A program made the position numbers and the translations under genes. From a virus (taxonomy: Duplodnaviria; Caudoviricetes), in IMG/VR virus record IMGVR_UViG_3300048999_000258, positions 1-57,536 of that record: 57,536 nucleotides of DNA. The stretch is one strand, 5' to 3'. The notes below the pieces were generated by a model. The model ran no database searches. It saw only the letters and a list, made by a program, of their open reading frames with translations, and was not told the origin of the DNA. Shown here in pieces: positions 1 through 7,922 of the stretch (positions are counted from its first letter, which is position 1; every line of letters starts with the position of its first letter).

Positions 1-220
1 GCTGACCTAACGCCGATTGCTGACAGGTAGGGTTATAACCCACAGCCGGGCGAGCTAGGTATTTCGCGTTAAAGCGATATCTGGCGCGCCCTACCACCTT
101 TCCTGCTGAATCGATGTCAACGCGCACATGCCACCCCGTCCACACACATCTGCCCGCCTTGGCGGCCTTTTTTCTTTGTCTTTTGTTCATTTGCCCTAGC
201 CATAATTGGGTCTGCCGGGT

Positions 221-475
221 ATGTCTAGCATGCTAAGAGCCATCGACGATATTGACGGTTTTGAGTTTTATGTCTACCCAGACGACCACCCGCCGGCGCA
301 TGTACACGTGTATGTGCCAGGGCGCCAAGCACGAGTTGCTCTAGTCTCGTTGAAGGTGCTCAAGGGGGCGGATATGAAGAAACGACACGAGAAAAAAGCA
401 CTGAAGCTCATAAAAATCAACATCGAAGAGCTAAAGAAAGCGTGGAACAAACACAATGAAGAGCAGCAGATATAA
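221..475 (+). CDS. DUF4160-family protein (putative toxin of a DUF4160/DUF2442 TA pair)
   Basis: Motif GFEFYVYPDDHPPAHVHV and C-terminal ELKKAWNKH. Overlaps the downstream DUF2442-like gene. Start is ATG 221 or 230 rather than the ORF-track TTG 206. Confidence 0.8.
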   Translation: MSSMLRAIDDIDGFEFYVYPDDHPPAHVHVYVPGRQARVALVSLKVLKGADMKKRHEKKALKLIKINIEELKKAWNKHNEEQQI

Positions 476-698
476 TCCAAAAGCGAAAACCGTCACAGTG
501 ACAGACAAGGTACTCGCCATTGAGTTAATTGACGGGCGCATAATTTCTCAGCCCCTGGCCTGGACGCCACGCCTTGTCACGGCCACTGATGCGCAACGAG
601 CCAACTACAGGTTGCAGGGCGGCGGCGTCGCTGTGTGCTGGCCAGATGTGGATGAGGATGTGCACGTCGGCCTGATGCTGCATCCCCATATAGGTTGA
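456..698 (+). CDS. DUF2442-family protein (putative antitoxin)
   Basis: LAIELIDGRIISQPLAWTPRLVTATDAQRANYRL..GG.AVCWPDVDEDV is the typical DUF2442 pattern. Confidence 0.85.
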   Translation: MKSSRYNPKAKTVTVTDKVLAIELIDGRIISQPLAWTPRLVTATDAQRANYRLQGGGVAVCWPDVDEDVHVGLMLHPHIG

Positions 699-716
699 TT
701 ACCGAAAGGCAGTGTT

Positions 717-1052
717 ATGTCATCCTCTACCAGGCAGAGACCTCATCGGGGACCACGCGAGGTGTCTCAATTTGAAGAGCGGATTAAAGGACAATTTCCG
801 ACCGCGAGAATGGAACGCTCAGCCGTTGAGATGTACAAAAACGGGGCGTCGTTCCCTGATTTCTCCACCCTTGCTGCGTGCACTACCCCGGAAGAGATTT
901 ACCGCTGGGAGCTGCAGAATTACCCCCTCAACACACACAAGCTAAGACTGCTGCGGGCACTCGAGCTTGGCGTTGATTTAAAGAAGATGGGTAAAGACGA
1001 AGTGTTTGTGACTGGCATTAAAACGCGAAGTAGCAAGAAAGCCGCTAAGTGA
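717..1052 (+). CDS. Small basic protein, possible degenerate HTH antitoxin
   Basis: 111 aa, GTGA overlap with the downstream RelE-like gene. IYRWE is only weakly XRE-like. Confidence 0.4.
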   Translation: MSSSTRQRPHRGPREVSQFEERIKGQFPTARMERSAVEMYKNGASFPDFSTLAACTTPEEIYRWELQNYPLNTHKLRLLRALELGVDLKKMGKDEVFVTGIKTRSSKKAAK

Positions 1053-1384
1053 CGGCTGGCAGCTACAACGTCCGCATCAAGCGCGGCCTAGGAAAATATC
1101 TGGCAGCGGCCTCTAATTTAGACCGTTACATCTTGCAGGAGTTTCTTGATGAGCTAGAAAAATACGGGCCGCAGCTCAGTCGATGGCCGGACTTCGAGCA
1201 GCTACCCCGCGTGGCCAGGCAACGGCGCGGCATAGTGCTGTATCGCTGCTCGTTGCGGCAGGCAGAGCCAAACGTCATGGCTTTCTGGCGCGTATCTGAA
1301 GATGATATTGAAGTCGATGTCATGCATTGGGGACGGCTCACGGCCATTGATGAAGATGGAGAAATCGTCTATCCGGGGCGCTAA
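1049..1384 (+). CDS. RelE/ParE-like toxin-fold protein
   Basis: YNVRIKR..K..., DELEKYGP...WPDFEQL, YRCSLRQ....MAFWRV...IEVDVMHWG follows the RelE-superfamily layout. Confidence 0.5.
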   Translation: MTAGSYNVRIKRGLGKYLAAASNLDRYILQEFLDELEKYGPQLSRWPDFEQLPRVARQRRGIVLYRCSLRQAEPNVMAFWRVSEDDIEVDVMHWGRLTAIDEDGEIVYPGR

Positions 1385-1704
1385 TTCCCCAGCCTCTGCA
1401 ACAGCTGCCGCGACAGGTCTGCCGCCATGGCGCGGGTAACCTCTATGTCTACCTCACCGGTTGTGATGTCGTCGTTTAGGCGCAGAACAACTACCTCGTC
1501 AGCGTCGTAGCTCTCGCCGAGCGTCTTGGCGATATCCTGGGCCATGGCATAGGCGTCTTTGACATTGACCACAAACTCCACGCCGGTTGAGTCGCGGTCG
1601 AAGTCGCCCTGAGCAAAGAACCGCAGAGCTGGCTGCCCCTGGGTCTTGGTGCGTGTGGCCGTGATGAGCGTGTTTTCGTCTTCTAGGGAGAATAGAGGAG
1701 GCAT
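1381..1704 (-). CDS. Hypothetical protein
   Basis: Protein-like ORF convergent with the RelE-like gene. Likely start MPPLF at 1704. Confidence 0.55.
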   Translation of the reverse strand: MPPLFSLEDENTLITATRTKTQGQPALRFFAQGDFDRDSTGVEFVVNVKDAYAMAQDIAKTLGESYDADEVVVLRLNDDITTGEVDIEVTRAMAADLSRQLLQRLGN

Positions 1705-1840
1705 GTAACATAGCGTACACACGCGTACGCCTGGACACCAATCTTGCTGCGGGGCAGCTGATTTACAGGCGCATGGACGCTGGCCCGGGTATCCTTAATG
1801 TGTGGCAGGCAGCATCGCCTCGCAGTAGCAGGAGCACCCC

Positions 1841-2050
1841 ATGTCAGGTTTTACCAAAAACATTGAATCGCAGTTAGCACTTTGCACCGCAGATGACCGC
1901 AAACAGATGGCGGAGTGGGTGCAGGATATCCGCGGCGAGTTGGTGGAGCGGCTGGCAAGGGCAAGTGACAGCGACGAGCAGCAGGCGTTTTTCGCGGAGC
2001 AGCTTGTTGAGGTGACGGAGCTGGTGCGGGTTTTGCGGGAGCAGGTTTAA
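1841..2050 (+). CDS. Hypothetical small helical protein
   Basis: AGGAG Shine-Dalgarno before ATG; acidic helical sequence. Confidence 0.65.
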   Translation: MSGFTKNIESQLALCTADDRKQMAEWVQDIRGELVERLARASDSDEQQAFFAEQLVEVTELVRVLREQV

Positions 2051-2204
2051 TACATATGACAAACCTGCAACCAGGGTAAATACTTTAAGCTCTGCAGCTT
2101 TGAAAACCGCTACCTGTTTTAGATGATTTTGTCTAGACGATATATGGTGTTTCGTGTATTCATTTTTGCTTATTGTAACAACGCTACAAACTTAGGAGTT
2201 TGAT

Positions 2205-2474
2205 ATGAAATTAGCTGAAGGAACTCTGCCCGTATTTGCTGACATGGTTTACGTCCCTCATTTAGATCGTCTCACCTTAGTGTTTACGACACAGGACCCG
2301 GATTTTGACTCAGGGCCTCAGCATTGGGACTATCGATTTCCTGTACAGATGACGCGTGCAGAGGCTGAACAGCTTGCAGAGAAATTATGGGAATTTGCGC
2401 AAAGAGCAGACGAGAACACCAGCGACGATGTTGGTGTCATCCATGTGTTGCTACCTAATTCAAAAGAAGAATAG
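2205..2474 (+). CDS. Hypothetical protein
   Basis: AGGAG SD before ATG, AT-rich upstream region. Confidence 0.65.
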   Translation: MKLAEGTLPVFADMVYVPHLDRLTLVFTTQDPDFDSGPQHWDYRFPVQMTRAEAEQLAEKLWEFAQRADENTSDDVGVIHVLLPNSKEE

Positions 2475-2566
2475 GGCATACATACGCTGCGCCACATTGC
2501 ACTGCATAAAATTTTTGCGGTCTCCGCATGGCGCGGTATCATTTATAGCAGTCATAGGAGCACGCT

Positions 2567-3871
2567 ATGGACAACAGTAAGAGACGGCCTCTGGTACGAT
2601 ATAAGCACAAGAGCGCAAAGATGACCGCTTGCACCATCTGCGCATGGCCAATCATTGAACGCGCATCTGTAATTGACGCAGGCGGAACCTTTGTGTGCAA
2701 ACAGAAAAAGTGCTTTGCAGCATATAAGACGCGCGAACATTCTGGCGTTAATCATCCGCGATACCAGCCGCCGGTAAAGTTTAATTGCGCGCACTGCGGC
2801 AAAGAGAACGAACGTCCGCGCGTCTTTGTTGAAGGGCGAGCCAACCCATGCTGCGATAACGTTTGCCGCAGGGCGTTTCAGAAGTCAGGCAAAGTGAAAC
2901 AAGTTCCGGCTAACAGCTTCATGCTGACTGACGGAGCTGTGGCAACCGCTGATAAAGTAGCAGCTATGGTGGCGGATAAAAAATCGGGCAAAACGATATG
3001 TGATGAACTCGGCATTACCAAGGGCGCATTAGTGGCATGCCTGAAGCATCACAACTTGAAGATAGAGCGCAACCTTTCCCCCAAGACGGGGAAAGATAGC
3101 CCCAAGTGGGTCGGCGAGGTGGCGTGCGCTTGTCACCACTGCGGAACAGTGCGCATGCGCAAGCCGTATGACATCAAGGGCAAGGAGCGCGTCTACTGTG
3201 ATGAGAAGTGTCAGCATGAGTATCTTAAGACGCTGAAGGGGCCTTTGAGCGGACGCTATATAGAGCCGAACAAGCTTACTTGCCACGGCTGCGGGGTGGT
3301 GTATGATGAGCCGAAAAGCTTGCACCCAGGTGAAAAAAGCAAATTTCACAATCGCAAATGTTACACAGCTTGGGCAAAAAAACAGTTCGGACCTCTTCAT
3401 CACCGATGGGTCGGGATCGGCAAATACCGTGGTGACAATTGGATTATGCAACGATTTGCTGCGGCTCAACGAGACAAGGGAATTTGTCAGCTTTGTAATA
3501 AGAAGGTAGGGTTAAATAAGGTGGACGTTCACCACATACGGCCTTTCAAATACTTCGCAAAGGAACGCAATTTTGAAGATGCGAATGCGTTATCCAACCT
3601 CGTGTGTTTTTGCAAAAGCTGCCACATGGAGGTCGAAGGACGCACGGATGCGGCAACAATTGATACATGGCGTGAACATTATGAAATCAACCGTCTTTAT
3701 CCAAGAAAGGCCACAGGACAGCTTGTAAGAAAAAATCAACGGATGGTGCTGGACTTGTACGCCAAGGGCGTGACGAAGGCATCTATACATCGTCAAACGA
3801 AGTTAAGCAGAGCGGTAATCAACGCGTGCATAGATGGACCGAGAAAGAGGCGTATGTCTACGCCTAAGTAA
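2567..3871 (+). CDS. Free-standing HNH endonuclease with multiple Zn-finger repeats and HTH segments
   Basis: AGGAG SD. Repeated CxxCG...(Y/C)C...C fingers. HNH core RDKGICQLC...VDVHHIRPF...NALSNLVCFCKSCH. AT-richer than the structural genes. Confidence 0.9.
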   Translation: MDNSKRRPLVRYKHKSAKMTACTICAWPIIERASVIDAGGTFVCKQKKCFAAYKTREHSGVNHPRYQPPVKFNCAHCGKENERPRVFVEGRANPCCDNVCRRAFQKSGKVKQVPANSFMLTDGAVATADKVAAMVADKKSGKTICDELGITKGALVACLKHHNLKIERNLSPKTGKDSPKWVGEVACACHHCGTVRMRKPYDIKGKERVYCDEKCQHEYLKTLKGPLSGRYIEPNKLTCHGCGVVYDEPKSLHPGEKSKFHNRKCYTAWAKKQFGPLHHRWVGIGKYRGDNWIMQRFAAAQRDKGICQLCNKKVGLNKVDVHHIRPFKYFAKERNFEDANALSNLVCFCKSCHMEVEGRTDAATIDTWREHYEINRLYPRKATGQLVRKNQRMVLDLYAKGVTKASIHRQTKLSRAVINACIDGPRKRRMSTPK

Positions 3872-3875
3872 ATCC

Positions 3876-3922
3876 AAACAGTAGATAAGCACCGGATGGT
3901 GCGATGCTTATCTGCTGTTTTT
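3876..3922. terminator. Probable bidirectional intrinsic terminator between convergent HNH and capsid genes
   Basis: 16-bp inverted repeat AAACAGTAGATAAGCA (3876-3891) / TGCTTATCTGCTGTTT (3905-3920), one G-U pair, T tract on the + side. Confidence 0.75.
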
Positions 3923-3938
3923 GTGCTAAATAAACTTA

Positions 3939-5408
3939 TTATCCGTTGTTGTACGCCTGTGCTGGAAGGGACCCTACGTTACAAAATAATACGTTTCTGT
4001 TGGGCGCGTATAATTTAAAGCATAGATATGACAGGAGCAAGAATGGTAATGTTGTGCCCGCAATAGGAAGAGGCACTCTCAAGAGTGGACACAATAATTT
4101 TGCACCTATAGATTCAGGCGTCATAGTTAGTGCGAACCCATATCCAGTTCCAGGTATCGTTTTATTATAATCAACGATAGTGTTTTCGCTGATCATAGGT
4201 ATACCGTTCGCCGGGTTGCTGTTCGGCACCCGTATGGTGCGCCGTTGTGATCCGATAGCACCATTCTTAGGTGTCCTGTAAATTTCATACCACTCTACTG
4301 GGTTCGACCCTGGTGCAGGCGTCACGCCGAACTGGATTACCTGACCAGCCGTCAACGCAATAGCGCTCGTGCTGACCTGCACAGGAGCAGATTTGCCGGC
4401 AGAGTTGCATGCAATGACCCACACATAGTAATTGCCGGCATCGCTTCCTGCAAAAAGACTGTTTGCTTGCGCAGGCGTTGTCGCTTGTGTGCTGATGACA
4501 GGTGCCAGCGGTATTCCCTGTGACGAACCGACCTGCGTGAGCGGCATTAGTCCGCCATCGTCCATGAAAGGATTACCATGGAGGTTGGCAATGCCGCCTT
4601 CAATCTCAATCCCTTTCACAACTTGGCTGACGATGCCATCACTGCTGCGTGCATACGGGTCAACGCGCTGTACCGGGATGAAGGCACGCTGAATATCTGA
4701 ACGAACACGTGTACCAAACATGAAGTCGGTAATTTGTCCGTAGTTGGGCGCCGAGTGCACGACCGTGGCAGCGTTAATCAGCATATCTTGCGTCACGGGG
4801 CCACCGCGGCAGTCAATGATGTTCTCGGCGTTGGATTTCATCTCGATTTGAGTCTTGAAGCCGTCGGTCTGTAAAGCAGACAAACGTGAGTCAGACGTCA
4901 ACGCTGCCATCTCCAAGCGACGCAACATAGCCATTGTGCCGGCCAGGGTAGCCAATGCGATCGGCTCGCTGGTCAGCGTGCGCTGCAAGCTAAGCTGATG
5001 CGTTACGCCCTTCTGAATACCGATGAACTTAACGGCATCAATTCGGCGGATATAGGTCTCGTCGTCGGGTGCGGGAGCCCCACCTTCTGCGAAGAAACCT
5101 CCCTCAGGGTTTTGGCTGTAGCTAGAAATCTCAGCGTGCTGGTCAACAGCTGAGAACGTAGGCATCTTGGGCAGCAAAGGCCAAAGCTTAATGTCTTTGG
5201 CTTTGTAGGTGTTGACCTTGAGGGTCTCCTCAAGTGACTCAGTACGAATCGGAGACATATCGCCGGGCGTCGCAACGTTGGGGTTGTAAACGTTGTAGCC
5301 GCCGGTATCGGCTTTGGATAACGCGTTAGACCTCTGAAATTCAGCAACGGCTTCAGCACTAGGTGCTGCCGCCATGTTGCCAATCATCTGATGTGTGTAA
5401 ATCGACAT
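3939..5408 (-). CDS. Major capsid protein (SPO1/Twort-like type)
   Basis: 489 aa directly after protease and scaffold. SPIRTESLEETLKVNTY...IKLW and FFAEGG.P...D..Y.R....VKFIG patterns. N-terminal LSK-A putative maturation site. Confidence 0.88.
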   Translation of the reverse strand: MSIYTHQMIGNMAAAPSAEAVAEFQRSNALSKADTGGYNVYNPNVATPGDMSPIRTESLEETLKVNTYKAKDIKLWPLLPKMPTFSAVDQHAEISSYSQNPEGGFFAEGGAPAPDDETYIRRIDAVKFIGIQKGVTHQLSLQRTLTSEPIALATLAGTMAMLRRLEMAALTSDSRLSALQTDGFKTQIEMKSNAENIIDCRGGPVTQDMLINAATVVHSAPNYGQITDFMFGTRVRSDIQRAFIPVQRVDPYARSSDGIVSQVVKGIEIEGGIANLHGNPFMDDGGLMPLTQVGSSQGIPLAPVISTQATTPAQANSLFAGSDAGNYYVWVIACNSAGKSAPVQVSTSAIALTAGQVIQFGVTPAPGSNPVEWYEIYRTPKNGAIGSQRRTIRVPNSNPANGIPMISENTIVDYNKTIPGTGYGFALTMTPESIGAKLLCPLLRVPLPIAGTTLPFLLLSYLCFKLYAPNRNVLFCNVGSLPAQAYNNG

Positions 5409-5463
5409 GTGTTTTCCTTATCCGAGTCGCCTCGGGTGTTGTGTGGCAGGTGGGTTGTGTTTT

Positions 5464-6453
5464 TTAGCCAGCTTCGTTTTGCGAACGCAGGTAGCTTTTG
5501 ACCTCTTGGGCGACCTGGACAGGTAGCTCGCGAGCGCTCTCGTACATGGCCATGGCCAGTGCGAAGTCGTAGCCGCTCTTACTCATGCCATCGCGACCTT
5601 CCTTGTGGCTGAGCTGCGCTAGGTCATTCAGCGCGCTTTTGATGAGCTGCGGGCTGACGTGCTCTTGCTGCGGTTGTCCACCAAAGCTTTTCTCAAGCTT
5701 AGCAACAGCTCCGCGGGCCTTGGGTGCACGAGCAGGCTGCTCCATCTCAATGGCGCGGTTTTCGACCAGAGATTTGATGAGTTCGCCCATCTCGACCAAG
5801 ACTTTTGCCTGGTAGAGATTATGCTCGTGCATGCTTTTCTTAAGGCCGTCGACTTCTTCACCGACCATGCCCAAGGATTTCTTCAGACCTTCGTGGTGGC
5901 TCGTTAGGAAATCAGATATTTCAACGGTGTCGCCGACTTCATCGGTGAACGCATCGGTTGCCGACTTAGCAAGCGACTCTACCGGCTCAGCTGCGGTGGT
6001 GCCGTCAATCAGACCGAGCAACTCTGTGCGCTCACTCTTAGACATCTTGGCGCCCGAGTGCGCCTTGGCGAACAGCACGTCGCGGCGGCTGTCGTCGTCT
6101 TCAGTCTCGTACTTGTCACGCAGATACTGCAGCGACTTATCTAGGCTGGCTACAGAGTAGCGCTCTGATTTGTCCATGTCGTCGTCTCCGTCGTCGTCCT
6201 CGTCCTCGTCCATGTCCTCGTCGTCGTCAGCCGCTTTGCTGGCCTTCTTCTTCGATTTCATCCACGGCAATTTCTTGCCCTTCTTTTTGCCCTTAGAGCC
6301 TTTGTCATCATCGGCGTCGGCATCGTCTTTGCCGCCGTCGCTGCACGCCATGTCTTCGCCGTCGTCTTCGTCATCATCGTCTTTTTTAAGTTTGGCTTTG
6401 GAACGAGCCTTCATCATCTCGTCTTCGGCCAACTCTTTTGTTTTTGCCGCCAT
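5464..6453 (-). CDS. Scaffold-like acidic head protein
   Basis: Lies between protease and capsid. D/E/K-rich low-complexity N-terminus, coiled-coil C-terminus, many K-S/A motifs. Confidence 0.65.
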   Translation of the reverse strand: MAAKTKELAEDEMMKARSKAKLKKDDDDEDDGEDMACSDGGKDDADADDDKGSKGKKKGKKLPWMKSKKKASKAADDDEDMDEDEDDDGDDDMDKSERYSVASLDKSLQYLRDKYETEDDDSRRDVLFAKAHSGAKMSKSERTELLGLIDGTTAAEPVESLAKSATDAFTDEVGDTVEISDFLTSHHEGLKKSLGMVGEEVDGLKKSMHEHNLYQAKVLVEMGELIKSLVENRAIEMEQPARAPKARGAVAKLEKSFGGQPQQEHVSPQLIKSALNDLAQLSHKEGRDGMSKSGYDFALAMAMYESARELPVQVAQEVKSYLRSQNEAG

Positions 6454-6477
6454 GGGTGGGGCCTTTCCTGGTTTAGG

Positions 6478-7488
6478 TTAAATAAGACCTGCTGTTTGCA
6501 GGGCTTTCGAGTGGGTGAGCAGTCGGGTGGCGTCTGCTTTGGATAGGCCCTTCACGCGGGCCTGGAGGTAGGAGACGGCGTCTTTTGTTTGTAGCGACTT
6601 GCTGACTTGCGACTTTGTGCTGTCAACAATTCGGGCAGCAGAGCGGGTGCTGAGCCCTGGCGCGCGCGACTGCACGTAGGCAATAGCCTCACTGCGTTTG
6701 AGCGTCTTGACGCTCTGCTTTTTCTTTTTGCCCTTGCGGCGCAGTATTTCGCCGCCAGCATTGTTGTGCAGGTCTGCCTCGAGCGCTTCTTTCGCGATGA
6801 TACGGCCAGCGGTCATGCCTGTGCCTGTGGCGTTGGCGAGCGGCACGGGTGGGCCTTCGCCGCCCATGGCTTTGACTGTTTCTTCTTCGCGGGCTTCGGC
6901 TTCTACAGCAGCAAGCGAACGTGCTAATACTTCCAGGCGGGCATCTGTGTTAACAGGCGCATTTGTAAGGGCAACGTTTCTAATTTTTGCTTTAGCGATT
7001 GTTTTATTGCCTAAACCTGTACGCTTAATAATGTTCCCCTCAACAGAAAACCCAAGATTGCGCCCAGTGCCCTGCAACGACTGCGCAAGGTCCCAAATCT
7101 GGTCACACGCCGGGCGATTGAGCAGGTAACCTTCAACCCACGTCCCGTTGCACGTCGCCAGGCTACCGTTTGGTAGCAAATCGCCGGCCTTAAATTGCAC
7201 GAGCGAGTTTTTATCGCCGTAGCCTAGAACATCCGCAGTTTTTTGCGAGTGGTTGTCGTTGAACCAGCCGTGCTCAAAGAAATCACCCCAGTCGAGGCCA
7301 TCCTGCAAGATACGCTCACCCTGACGGTCAATATTGTCTGTTGAGCAAATGCCGCCAAAGCGGCGCTTCTGGCCCTCTGGCGCATCCGCCTTTTCAAACA
7401 CATGCATCGGCAGCGCGAAGTCGAACGCAGTCTTGTCTGCGGGCGCGCTGGGCACGGTGTCTGTAAGGCTATGGTTGACCTGTTGCAC
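6478..7488 (-). CDS. Prohead (capsid maturation) protease, HK97/herpes-type fold
   Basis: GICSTDNIDRQGERILQDGLD...GWFNDNH, LGFSVEG (catalytic Ser), NVALTNAPVN. Start reassigned to GTG 7488 with GGAG SD 6 nt upstream. Confidence 0.9.
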   Translation of the reverse strand: MQQVNHSLTDTVPSAPADKTAFDFALPMHVFEKADAPEGQKRRFGGICSTDNIDRQGERILQDGLDWGDFFEHGWFNDNHSQKTADVLGYGDKNSLVQFKAGDLLPNGSLATCNGTWVEGYLLNRPACDQIWDLAQSLQGTGRNLGFSVEGNIIKRTGLGNKTIAKAKIRNVALTNAPVNTDARLEVLARSLAAVEAEAREEETVKAMGGEGPPVPLANATGTGMTAGRIIAKEALEADLHNNAGGEILRRKGKKKKQSVKTLKRSEAIAYVQSRAPGLSTRSAARIVDSTKSQVSKSLQTKDAVSYLQARVKGLSKADATRLLTHSKALQTAGLI

Positions 7489-7511
7489 GTTGTTCTCCGT
7501 TGCTTGAAACG

Positions 7512-7653
7512 AAAAAAGGGCGTCAGGTTTGGGCTGCCTCGCGCAAGACTGCGCAACAATGCCACTACCTAAACGCCCCAACGTGGTGTCATCACCATCA
7601 CGGGCCTACGCCAATACACCTCTAAAGGATGCGAGATTGACGGTGCTTGTCAA
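7512..7653 (-). promoter_or_regulatory. Candidate promoter and structured leader for the protease-scaffold-capsid genes
   Basis: TTGACA at 7653-7648 inside a TTGAC-N7-GTCAA palindrome; -10 is weak (CATCCT, 16-nt spacer). Long hairpin 7578-7518 followed by U6 before the SD. Confidence 0.45.
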
Positions 7654-7715
7654 ATAACCTGCTAATCGGCTTAAGATAAAAACTATTTAATTAGGGCATT
7701 GTCCAAGACGGACAT

Positions 7716-7922
7716 CTATCGCTTTATGCGGATAACGTGGCTATGGGTGGGCGCAAGCGGCACCTGGTCAGACAGCTGTAGCGGCAGCGTCACATCTGCC
7801 TTACACCAATAGCAACGGCTTTGGCAGCGCTCACCGTCAAAGATGACCGGCCCGTCGGTCCGTATCCGCGTCTGTGAGCCGCTCTTCTGTAGCAGCTTTT
7901 CTCTGCAATGGGGGCACTTCAT
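7716..7922 (-). CDS. Small Zn-ribbon protein
   Basis: CPHC...CYWC. Start overlaps the upstream stop (ATGA). Confidence 0.7.
   Translation of the reverse strand: MKCPHCREKLLQKSGSQTRIRTDGPVIFDGERCQSRCYWCKADVTLPLQLSDQVPLAPTHSHVIRIKR

Noticed and set aside
1381-2474. Paralogy between the 1381-1704 and 2205-2474 proteins (VTRAMAADL versus MTRAEAEQL)
   Set aside because: Similarity is limited to one short helix motif, too little to support without an alignment.
7489-7581. ORF-track N-terminal extensions (protease from 7581; also 19894, 24730, 31539, 50103, 50408)
   Set aside because: Downstream starts have SD motifs, stop-start coupling, a promoter or a signal peptide, and the extensions run through hairpins or other genes.
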